IMG/VR virus record: IMGVR_UViG_3300032770_001058
Location: 1 to 59,006 of that record
Source: a virus
Lineage: Duplodnaviria > Caudoviricetes
DNA: 59,006 bases
Strand: one strand, 5' to 3'
Made by a program: the position numbers and the translations under genes
The notes under the pieces: model-generated
Databases searched by the model: none
Seen by the model: only the letters and a program-made list of their open reading frames with translations
What the model was told of the DNA's origin: nothing
In this document: in pieces, positions 37,335 through 45,032 of the stretch
How positions within the stretch are numbered: the stretch's first letter is position 1
Layout: each line of letters opens with the position of its first letter

Positions 37335-37856
37335 ATGACAAATAGTAGAGGTTCGCTCCGCTCGGTTTACACGGTGAAGCCGAAGTCGAATTCGAAGAAA
37401 TCCGCTTTCCGTCGCCAGATGGCCGCGCGGCACAGGGCACAGGATGCCGTGCCGACCAGCAAACCCGCAACCAGCCTGAAGCCGAAGAGCGCCGCGAATG
37501 GCTGGGATGACCCTGAAATCCGCGCAAAGCGGATTGCGGCCATTCGCGCCGCGCGCGCTGGTGTCACCGGCCAGCAGCCGACCGAAGAAAAGAAGATGCC
37601 GACTCCTCCGCCGCGTGACCCTGAGCTAGCTGCTGCTCAGGACGCGATCGCCAAGCATCAGTTCGCGATTCTGTCGAAGCTGCCTGCTGAAAGCGTGGTC
37701 AGGTATTACGACCTGGGCTGGCGTCATGCCCACCTGATGGAAGCGAAACCCGACCGCTGCCGACTCCGCTCGATTCCTGCCTACAGCCGCAAACCCGTCA
37801 CCTTCACTGTGCCGACTTCCGAAGTCGAGGCCTACAGCGCTCCCGCGACTGCCTGA
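37335..37856 (+). CDS. Hypothetical basic protein with WDDPEIR motif; ends PATA inside HH2
   Basis: AGGAG RBS at 37321 and ATG at 37335; its stop codon is the TGA of the HH2 core. Confidence 0.7.
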   Translation: MTNSRGSLRSVYTVKPKSNSKKSAFRRQMAARHRAQDAVPTSKPATSLKPKSAANGWDDPEIRAKRIAAIRAARAGVTGQQPTEEKKMPTPPPRDPELAAAQDAIAKHQFAILSKLPAESVVRYYDLGWRHAHLMEAKPDRCRLRSIPAYSRKPVTFTVPTSEVEAYSAPATA

Positions 37857-37895
37857 TGAGATCGGGACGAAACCGGCAACTCGCCGGTCGCAGTC
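37841..37895 (+). ncRNA. Hammerhead ribozyme HH2; predicted cleavage after C37889
   Basis: GACTGC-CTGATGA-G-atcggga-C-GAAA-ccggc-aactc-gccgg-TC-GCAGTC. Confidence 0.92.
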
Positions 37896-37929
37896 ATTTC
37901 AAGCCGCAACCAGCGGCAGGAGAACGATC

Positions 37930-38520
37930 GTGATTAAGAGGAACAAACCCGAAGAGCAGTTAATCCCCGCTGATCTGGACGCCATCGCGAAGAACGCCAT
38001 GTACTGGCAGATTGCCTCGCAGCATGCCGAGGAAATCTACAAAGAAGTGAAGGCTGACTTCTTCCAGCGCGTCGAGACTCACCCGCAAATTGAGATGGTC
38101 GTGGGCAAGAGCCTGAAAGTCTCCACCGGCAAGGTGCGCTGGCAGTCGCGCGAAAACTTCGACGTGCTCCAGGATGAGATCGAGAAGGCGCTGGAGTCGG
38201 GCCGCATCACCGTGCCTGTGCTGTTAGGAATGGTGAAGTCGTACGACACCGACGCGGTGCGCCAGTTCGTACCCGCTGCGGTCGTACCGAACGCGGAGAA
38301 GCCGGTCACCGAGTATGGCGTGATGGTCGCTTCGGCGGACTATAAGGCCGAAGTTCATGCCCAGGTCGATGAGCTGCTGAATCAGTCGCCCGCGCCTGCT
38401 GTGCTCCCGCCCAATGTCGCCGTGATGAAGCCTGCGGCCAGTGTGCCACTCACCGAGCAACTGGAAGCCTCGCTCGCCGATGCGAAGAAGAAACGCTCCC
38501 GCAAGCCCGCGACTGCCTGA
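37930..38520 (+). CDS. Hypothetical protein, weakly Gam/gp157-like; ends PATA inside HH3
   Basis: RBS plus GTG start; helical N-terminus then KSLKVSTGKVRW. The family assignment is weak. Confidence 0.5.
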   Translation: MIKRNKPEEQLIPADLDAIAKNAMYWQIASQHAEEIYKEVKADFFQRVETHPQIEMVVGKSLKVSTGKVRWQSRENFDVLQDEIEKALESGRITVPVLLGMVKSYDTDAVRQFVPAAVVPNAEKPVTEYGVMVASADYKAEVHAQVDELLNQSPAPAVLPPNVAVMKPAASVPLTEQLEASLADAKKKRSRKPATA

Positions 38521-38563
38521 TGAGAACGGACCGAAACCGGCGACCCACTCGCCGGTCGCAGTC
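38506..38563 (+). ncRNA. Hammerhead ribozyme HH3; predicted cleavage after C38557
   Basis: GACTGC-CTGATGA-G-aacggac-C-GAAA-ccggcga-cccac-tcgccgg-TC-GCAGTC; shorter pseudoknot (CCG/CGG). Confidence 0.88.
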
Positions 38564-38597
38564 AATTCAAGCCGCAACCAGCGGCAGGAGAACGCAA

Positions 38598-39464
38598 GTG
38601 CAAGACACAAGCACCAATTACCGCTACTACACCGCCGAACCGCTCACCAATGACCAGCTTCGCCGCGTCGCGCCGTCCATCTTCGCCGAGCGGCCATGGG
38701 CGGAAATGTCTGACCGCTACACCTTCATTCCCACCATCCGCATTGTCGAGGAGATGCGTAAGGAAGGGCTGGTGCCCTATTTCGCCAAGCAGACGATCTC
38801 GCCTGTCGAAGGGCGGACCCCCTTTGCCATGCACATGATTCGCTTCCGCGATACGTCGCAACGCGGCCAGAAGCTGGTCGTCGGCGACTTGTATCCGGAA
38901 GTGACTCTCATCAACTCACACGATGGCGGCGCCAGCTACCGGCTGATGGCTGCTCTGCTGCGCGCGGCTTGCATGAACGGCCTGATGGTCAGCGATTCCG
39001 AGTTCGCGGCCATTCACGTCATGCATCGCGGCAACGTCACTCCCGTGCTTGAGGCCAGCTTCCAGGTCATCGAGCAGTTCCCGAAGATCATGGGCGAAGT
39101 GGGCGAGTTCCAGCGCATCGAGCTCAAGCGCGACCAACAACTGGCGCTGGCCGAATCGGCGCTGGAATTGAAGTACGACGAGCGGGACGATGGTTCGCTC
39201 GCCTGCCCGATCACCGCCGACGCCGTACTGATGCCGCGCCGCTCCGACGACTCGAAGCCCACGCTATGGAACACATACAACGTGGTACAGGAAAACCTGA
39301 TGAAGGGCGGCCAGCGCGGCGTCATCATCGGCGCGAATCACCGCACTCGCCGCGTCAAGACGCGTCCGGTGAAGGCGATTGCCACGGATGTCAAGTTAAA
39401 CAAGGCGCTGTGGACATTGACGGCGAGGATGGCCGAGTTGGTCGGCGCTCCCGCAGCCGCGTAA
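38598..39464 (+). CDS. DUF932/DUF945 family protein
   Basis: PLTNDQLRRVAPSIFA.....SDRY.FIPT, H.IRFR, LINSHDG.ASY, R.AC.NGL, LW..YNV.QEN...GG, LN.ALW.L. Confidence 0.85.
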   Translation: MQDTSTNYRYYTAEPLTNDQLRRVAPSIFAERPWAEMSDRYTFIPTIRIVEEMRKEGLVPYFAKQTISPVEGRTPFAMHMIRFRDTSQRGQKLVVGDLYPEVTLINSHDGGASYRLMAALLRAACMNGLMVSDSEFAAIHVMHRGNVTPVLEASFQVIEQFPKIMGEVGEFQRIELKRDQQLALAESALELKYDERDDGSLACPITADAVLMPRRSDDSKPTLWNTYNVVQENLMKGGQRGVIIGANHRTRRVKTRPVKAIATDVKLNKALWTLTARMAELVGAPAAA

Positions 39465-39477
39465 TCATTTCGTCATG

Positions 39478-39503
39478 GCTGGCCCGCTCGCTCGCGGGCC
39501 AGC
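39478..39503 (+). terminator. GC-rich hairpin after the DUF932 gene, without a U tract
   Basis: gctggcccgc/gcgggccagc 10-bp stem; could be a pause or 3' stability element instead. Confidence 0.35.
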
Positions 39504-39542
39504 GCGACTCAAACCGCTGTACTACCGAATAGGAGAACGGTC

Positions 39543-39836
39543 ATGGCAAAGAAAAACGCAAACGGCTGGGACGACCCTGAAATCCGGCAGCGCCGCATCG
39601 ACGCAATCCGCGCGGCGCTGGCGAAGAAACCCGCAACGAAGAAGGCGAAGAAGGCCAGCAAGAGCAGCCCGAAGGCGAAGGCCAGCAAACCCGCGAAGAA
39701 GGCGAAGAAAGCCAGCCCGAAGCCTGCGGCGACTCAGGCGAAGCAGCAGCCCGACACCAAACTGGCGAAAGCGCTGCACACGCTCGAATCGCGCGTGAAG
39801 GTCACGCCCATCAACTCACTTCCCGCAACTGCCTGA
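39543..39836 (+). CDS. Small Lys/Ala-rich, histone H1-like protein with WDDPEIR motif; ends PATA inside HH4
   Basis: AGGAG RBS; KKPATKKAKKASK repeats. Confidence 0.75.
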   Translation: MAKKNANGWDDPEIRQRRIDAIRAALAKKPATKKAKKASKSSPKAKASKPAKKAKKASPKPAATQAKQQPDTKLAKALHTLESRVKVTPINSLPATA

Positions 39837-39876
39837 TGAGAGCGGGACGAAACCGGCCATCCGGCCGGTCGCAGTT
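39821..39876 (+). ncRNA. Hammerhead ribozyme HH4; predicted cleavage after C39870
   Basis: AACTGC-CTGATGA-G-agcggga-C-GAAA-ccggcc-atcc-ggccgg-TC-GCAGTT; pseudoknot TCCCGC/GCGGGA. Confidence 0.92.
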
Positions 39877-39905
39877 AAGCCGCAACCAGCGGCAGGAGAA
39901 CACCG

Positions 39906-41078
39906 ATGTTGGAACAACCGCTATCAGCCAGTCTCATCCTCACCAACGCCAAACACGATAAGGTCTTTCGCGCCTGGCTCATGCCGCAAGGCACGGGATG
40001 GGTGGTCAGAACCGAATGGGGCGCGCGCTCTGCCGGTAAACTCAGCTCGCAGGTGAAGCCCGACTCTCCGACGACCTATGAGGCCGCGAAGAAGATCTAC
40101 GACAAGAAAATCCGCGAGAAAACCGAGTTGCCGTGCTCCTGCGGCTGCGGCGACCGCTACCTGCAAACCCGCGTCGAAGCGGGCGAGCCGAAGCTGCAGC
40201 CGATCGATTGCACGGCGGCGCAGGCGGAGCAGGAACAGAAAGCCGAAGCTGTCGCTGGTCCGACAAGCTGGGCACCGCAACTGCTCGAACCCATCGAAGG
40301 AGAGCGCGGCAAGCTGCTGCTGGTCGGTGATGACCGCTACGGCGCGCAGGAGAAGTACGACGGTGTCTGTATTTCCCTATGGTGGGCGGAAGAGCAGCGC
40401 GCGCGCTGCTTCAACAAACTCGGCCAACTCCGCGACGTGCCCACCTACGTTGCCGACTCGCTGATCGCGCGCGCTCGTGAAGCCGAAGCGAAGTCATTTT
40501 GGGTTCACGGCGAGCTGCTTCCGAACGGCGGGCCGCTGGTCGTGCACGACCTGATGGAATGGAACGGCGACGATCAGCGCGGCGAAACCTATCGCGCACG
40601 CTTTGGGCTGGTCGCGACGTTCCTCGGCAACTGCCTGCATATCGCGATTCCGGAATTGATCACCGGAACGCATGCGAAGAGCGCGTTCGTCGCCGCACTC
40701 GCCGCGAAGCGGGCCGAAGGTGTCGTATTCAAGCGGCTCAATGCGCCGTACCTGCCCGGTCGTACGCAGCACTTCAAATTCAAATTCTGGCAGTCGGCCA
40801 CTTGCAAGGTCACTCCGAAGCGGAAGATCGACGGCAAGAATTCCCACGCCATCTCGGTGTTGCGCAAGGGGAAGCTGGTCGAAGTCGGCACCGTCACCGG
40901 CAAGAGCAGCGTACCGGCCCAGGTCGGCTCGCTGGTCGAAGTGAAATACCTTTATGTGGGTCATGGCGATCGCTTCGTGCAGCCCGAATTGCTGGGCCTG
41001 CGCGACGATCAGGCCCGGCCCGACGATTGGTCCACCCTCAAGCTGAAAGACACTCACCGGGAGGCGCGGTCATGCTAG
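39906..41078 (+). CDS. WGR-domain ATP-dependent DNA ligase
   Basis: N-terminal WGR-like domain (HDKVF, TEWGAR, A.K.YDK.I.EK); ligase motifs QEKYDG, HGEL, HDL, EGVVFK, KFK; OB fold EVKYLY...QP...RDD. Confidence 0.8.
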   Translation: MLEQPLSASLILTNAKHDKVFRAWLMPQGTGWVVRTEWGARSAGKLSSQVKPDSPTTYEAAKKIYDKKIREKTELPCSCGCGDRYLQTRVEAGEPKLQPIDCTAAQAEQEQKAEAVAGPTSWAPQLLEPIEGERGKLLLVGDDRYGAQEKYDGVCISLWWAEEQRARCFNKLGQLRDVPTYVADSLIARAREAEAKSFWVHGELLPNGGPLVVHDLMEWNGDDQRGETYRARFGLVATFLGNCLHIAIPELITGTHAKSAFVAALAAKRAEGVVFKRLNAPYLPGRTQHFKFKFWQSATCKVTPKRKIDGKNSHAISVLRKGKLVEVGTVTGKSSVPAQVGSLVEVKYLYVGHGDRFVQPELLGLRDDQARPDDWSTLKLKDTHREARSC

Positions 41079-41296
41079 TCCACGTCTTCCGCTTCCCCTC
41101 ACCCGAGCTTGACGAATGCGCGACGACCATAAGAGCAGCTATCCGCGCTCACTGGCGCCGGGAGATCACCTTCGCCGAATACCTGGCGGTGAGAGATGCT
41201 GCACATGCGAAGTGCGAGCATGTATTGCTCCGCATCTTTGCCGCCCTGGACCGCTCGGACGACCGGCCCGAGGTCTCCGAACGGCTGGCGGCATGA
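41072..41296 (+). CDS. Hypothetical protein (74 aa)
   Basis: GGAGG RBS; ATG overlaps the end of the ligase gene. Confidence 0.55.
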   Translation: MLVHVFRFPSPELDECATTIRAAIRAHWRREITFAEYLAVRDAAHAKCEHVLLRIFAALDRSDDRPEVSERLAA

Positions 41297-41299
41297 CCT

Positions 41300-41357
41300 T
41301 CCCGCAACTGCCTGAGAGAACGGGACGAAACCGGCGACTCGTTCGCCGGTCGCAGTT
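41300..41357 (+). ncRNA. Hammerhead ribozyme HH5, degenerate (core CTGA-GA lacks position 7)
   Basis: AACTGC-CTGAGA-G-aacggga-C-GAAA-ccggcga-ctcgt-tcgccgg-TC-GCAGTT. Confidence 0.75.
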
Positions 41358-41385
41358 AAGCCGCAACCAGCGGCAGGAGAACGCT

Positions 41386-41547
41386 ATGAGATGCCCGTTT
41401 TGCCACGGTGAGATCGACGAGCAATACAGCCTGCTCGATCAATGCCAGCGGTTAGAGCAGGAACGCTGGCAGCGCGAATTCGACGCCGGACTCCGGCGAT
41501 TGGTCGAAACCGTCGATAAAGTCATGGCCAAAGTCGGCCACGCATAG
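41386..41547 (+). CDS. Hypothetical 53-aa protein with N-terminal CxxC
   Basis: Follows the conserved hairpin plus AGGAG; starts MRCPFCHG. Confidence 0.6.
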   Translation: MRCPFCHGEIDEQYSLLDQCQRLEQERWQREFDAGLRRLVETVDKVMAKVGHA

Positions 41548-41621
41548 GCGCTGTGCTGTATCTCGGCCAGCAATAACTTCCACCTTCAACAAAGCTGCTT
41601 ACTCGCAGCAGGAGAATTCAT

Positions 41622-43349
41622 ATGTCTACGACAACAGTTGCAGTCCTGCCTGTAAACCGAAAGAAAGCCGACGCGCTGGACGTTCAGATGCTGCCGATCG
41701 GCGTCCTCACCCTCTCCGAAACCAATCCGCGCTCCGGGATGGACGCAACCGAGCTCGACGAGCTGGCCAAATCTATTCTCGACCACGGAATCCTGCAGCC
41801 GCTGGTCGTGCGGCCACATCCAGGCGTCGTCGTGGTGGAGTCCAGCGTCCCGGGCCGCTGGTATGCCGCTTATGAGAACGGCACCGACCATCCCAATCTG
41901 ATCGGCACCGGCCACGAAAAGAAGGCAGAGGCTGAGGCCGAAGCGGCTGGCATTCGCCGCTGGGAGATCATCGCCGGCGCGCGGCGCTATAAGGCCGCGA
42001 AGCTGGCGAAGCTGCGCGAGGTTCCATGCCGCATCGTGCGCGTTAGCAATCAGGAAGCGCGCGACATTCAGATCATCGAAAACCTGCAGCGCACCGACAT
42101 TCACCCGCTGGATGAAGCCGAAGCTTTCGTGCAACTGCTCGGCTCAAGCGGCGACATCAAGGCTCTGGCGAAGCGCGTTGCCAAGCCTGAACTCTATGTG
42201 CGGCGCCGTCTCTCCCTGCACGAGTTGATCGAGCCTGCGAAGAAGGCGTTCCGGGAGCATCGCATCTTCCCGGGCCACGCCTATCAACTCAGCCGATTCC
42301 CGACGAACGCGCAGAAGGCAGTCTGGAAGCAGTTAGAGGGCAAAGACGTCACCCCCAATCAACTGCGCAAGGCCATCGCCGACAATTTCACCCTGAAACT
42401 GTCGGGCGCGCCATTCGATACCGGCGATGCGAAGCTGCTCGAAGCGGCGGGAAGCTGCACCGACTGCCCGAAGCGCACCGGCAACAATCCGCTGCTGTTC
42501 TCCGACATCAAGGCGGCCGACACCTGCACCGACCGCGACTGCTACAGCCGTAAGGTGGAAGCCCATCTCGTGCAGATCGCAACGAAGCTGGAAAAGGCCA
42601 GCGGGAAGCCGGTCCTGCGTCTGTCGGAGAAGTTCCAACCAACCATCAAGGGCGCGCTCTCCAGCGGCCAGTGGCATCGCTGCGACCGCGCGTCAGAATG
42701 TGCTCATGCGCAGCAAGGCATCATCGTGGAGACCGATTATTACGGCTCCGGCCCGAAGAAGCTGGGCCAGACGATCACCGTCTGTGCGACGAAGGAGTGC
42801 AAGTTTCACTTCGGCTCGCACACTGGGGAGTCGGCTGAGTCGATGCAGGAGCGGGAGCGCACGAAGCGCCGCGTGGTGAAGCAGAAGGTCGGGGTCAATA
42901 AGGCCGTCTTTACCGCCGTGCAGGAGAAGATGCCCGGAGTCCTGGGCGCCGAAGAGCTGCGCCTGATCGGGCGCGAACTGTTCCAGCGCGTTTACGGGCC
43001 TTATCGCAATCGCATCGCCCGCGACGTGTACCAGCTCGAACCCAAGATCGTGAAGAGCCACTACGTCACGACCGGCGGCACGACGAAGGATTACGCCGCT
43101 GCGCTGCTGGCGAAGCTGCCGGAGATGAACGCGAAGGAACTGACCCGCTTCTGCCTGATCTCGCTTACCGCGGGTAACGCCTACACTCCGCCGCTGTACA
43201 CCAATTCCAGCGCCGAGCCGGAGAATCCGCTCTACACCCTCGCCAAACTCTACAAGGTGGACGCTCGTTCCATCCGCGAGAAGATCGTCACCACTGATCG
43301 CGAGAAGGCGAAAGCAAAGAAGGCGACGAGAGCCGCGAAAGCCGCTTAA
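41622..43349 (+). CDS. Large ParB/RepB/Spo0J-family protein with Cys-rich middle region
   Basis: NPR...ELA.SI...GILQPLVVRP, IIAGARRYKAA, IIENLQR.DIHPLDEA.AF; C..CPKR, C.D..CY. Confidence 0.85.
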   Translation: MSTTTVAVLPVNRKKADALDVQMLPIGVLTLSETNPRSGMDATELDELAKSILDHGILQPLVVRPHPGVVVVESSVPGRWYAAYENGTDHPNLIGTGHEKKAEAEAEAAGIRRWEIIAGARRYKAAKLAKLREVPCRIVRVSNQEARDIQIIENLQRTDIHPLDEAEAFVQLLGSSGDIKALAKRVAKPELYVRRRLSLHELIEPAKKAFREHRIFPGHAYQLSRFPTNAQKAVWKQLEGKDVTPNQLRKAIADNFTLKLSGAPFDTGDAKLLEAAGSCTDCPKRTGNNPLLFSDIKAADTCTDRDCYSRKVEAHLVQIATKLEKASGKPVLRLSEKFQPTIKGALSSGQWHRCDRASECAHAQQGIIVETDYYGSGPKKLGQTITVCATKECKFHFGSHTGESAESMQERERTKRRVVKQKVGVNKAVFTAVQEKMPGVLGAEELRLIGRELFQRVYGPYRNRIARDVYQLEPKIVKSHYVTTGGTTKDYAAALLAKLPEMNAKELTRFCLISLTAGNAYTPPLYTNSSAEPENPLYTLAKLYKVDARSIREKIVTTDREKAKAKKATRAAKAA

Positions 43350-43477
43350 TCGCCGCGCGGGCCTGCCCCGCGCGCTCTGCTTCTCCTCTTCGAGCCCGAT
43401 GCCTCCGCAGTAGCGAGAGCCAGTGCCGCAATGAGAAGCAGGGCGCGGACGGCAGGACCGCCGTACGCAACTAACGG

Positions 43478-44032
43478 TTATTCGTTCGGGAACCTGAAAC
43501 GTCCCAATTGTTCAGACACAGAACTGAATGACTTTCCGCCACTGACTGTTTCCCGCGCTAACAACGCGGTCTTTTCACCGCAGTCAATCCAGACCCTCTG
43601 CCAAACCACATCAACGTCGGTGTTAGTGTGGGTGTCAGTCCGTACAGTACATTTCGCAAACCCCTCGTCGTTCAAGTGGGTGATTAGGCCGTAAAGAGCT
43701 TCAGCCGTGTCATCATTAGGGGTGGTCCATCGACGCTCCGCAAAGGTAAGCAATCCGCGCGTAAATTGCATGGTGGGCAAGTCTCGTCCTGCCTTAATAT
43801 CGTCCACGGTTCCCAACCACAACTCGTCATCATCCGGTTTCATTAGCTGCTGTCCGGCCAACTTCTCCGCGACCTGGGCCTTTGTCATTCCTAAACGTAA
43901 CTTCACTCCGCCTATTTCGATCGCGGTTCTGCTTAACTGCTGGGAGGGCTGCTTTTGTGCGTGTAGAAGCGGCGGACATATACAGCAGAGCACGATTGCG
44001 GTCGTCGAAATTGCGCGTTTCATGTTGTTCAC
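43478..44032 (-). CDS. Secreted hypothetical protein (moron)
   Basis: Signal-peptide-like N-terminus; AT-richer. Confidence 0.5.
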   Translation of the reverse strand: MNNMKRAISTTAIVLCCICPPLLHAQKQPSQQLSRTAIEIGGVKLRLGMTKAQVAEKLAGQQLMKPDDDELWLGTVDDIKAGRDLPTMQFTRGLLTFAERRWTTPNDDTAEALYGLITHLNDEGFAKCTVRTDTHTNTDVDVVWQRVWIDCGEKTALLARETVSGGKSFSSVSEQLGRFRFPNE

Positions 44033-44087
44033 CTTATTTTGACGGAAGCGGACACATGCTACACCTCGCTTTCGGCAATGAGAACAC

Positions 44088-44735
44088 CTATGTCTGCGGC
44101 TGGAGATCGTCTACCTGCCGCTCATAAACCGTGTCTAATCTCAAGGTGAGGGCGAAGATATGCACTGCGATGCTTAGCGCGTCGTTGGGCGCAAGCGGCT
44201 GGTGAAGCAACGGCACGACGAAGTTGATGTTTTGTCCCGCTGCTTGGAGCCGACCTAAGGCGGATTCGATCTGGTTAGCCAGTTCCACTTGAAAGGCCGC
44301 AGTAAAACGGCGTTTCCAGTCGGCCTCGTTCTTGTCCATCTCGATTTTCTTGGTCGGATTGGCTGTTCGCCCCGAAATTGGAATCGGCCCGTTCTTAGCT
44401 ACGAAATCAACGGTACACTCGCGTATCGTTGCGCACATCATTACTGCTTCCCGCTTTACCGTTCCATCCCGCCCAATCAACCGTTCTGCGTTCTGAAAGC
44501 GCCGATAAATAACGTCTGCCATTCGCCACCCCAAAAAGCCAACGAAAAGCGCAGTTCCCCACCACGGCGACAGAAGGTGCAAGTGGCTCATGAGCACCCT
44601 CTGTGCGCCGCTGACTAGCCCCAATACAGCCCAGGCTGCTCCGCTGAGGATGCCAACCAAGAAAATTGTGTCTCGGTAATCTTGGCGAGAATGTCTAAAT
44701 GCTTCGGTGAATACCGACCAGTAGAATCGCAGCAT
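44088..44735 (-). CDS. Two-TM membrane protein (moron)
   Basis: Two hydrophobic helices then a soluble domain; start taken at MLRFYW. Confidence 0.5.
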   Translation of the reverse strand: MLRFYWSVFTEAFRHSRQDYRDTIFLVGILSGAAWAVLGLVSGAQRVLMSHLHLLSPWWGTALFVGFLGWRMADVIYRRFQNAERLIGRDGTVKREAVMMCATIRECTVDFVAKNGPIPISGRTANPTKKIEMDKNEADWKRRFTAAFQVELANQIESALGRLQAAGQNINFVVPLLHQPLAPNDALSIAVHIFALTLRLDTVYERQVDDLQPQT

Positions 44736-44821
44736 ATCTGGCGATTGTAATGCGCCAGTGGAAAACGAGAATGGCCCACACCCAGTAAGCCTCTTCAGTT
44801 TCTCGACTGAGGCGGCGGCAC

Positions 44822-45026
44822 TATAATCGAGATTCCACAAAGCGGCAACCAGCCGCTGGAGCATCCCTAATGCCAGCCGCTAAAGCTTGATCTCCGTCCG
44901 TGCGACTCCGCGCGTGCGGAGCGTGAACGGGGGTGGTACCCTGCCAAGCCCGCTACGTCAAGGCGGGAAGCCGTAGGCCGCGTTCGCGCGGCCTGCGCAC
45001 TTTTAAGCGGTCACCAACCGCAGGAG
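44822..45026 (+). promoter_or_regulatory. Structured leader of the AAA gene: TATAAT, AACCA hairpin, 6-codon ORF, terminator-like hairpin, second hairpin plus RBS
   Basis: TATAAT 44822-27; agcggc-aacca-gccgct 44841-57; MPAAKA* 44870-90; stem 44972-97 with UUCG loop then cacTTTT; gcgg-tcaccaa-ccgc-AGGAG 45007-26. Confidence 0.45.
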
Positions 45027-45032
45027 AACGAG

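Noticed and set aside
37278-38597. ORF-track starts at 37278 and 38520 running through the ribozymes
   Set aside because: They lack an RBS and would be cut off by cleavage; AGGAG-preceded starts at 37335 and 38598 fit better.
39906-41078. The ligase as the enzyme that rejoins ribozyme products
   Set aside because: ATP-dependent ligases need 5'-phosphate and 3'-OH; hammerhead ends need RtcB-type chemistry. The OB fold points to a DNA ligase.
37237-41385. The repeated unit as a CRISPR array or integron attC array
   Set aside because: Spacers are whole genes of 0.5-1.4 kb, there are no cas genes or attC-type core sites, and the conserved bases match a hammerhead core.
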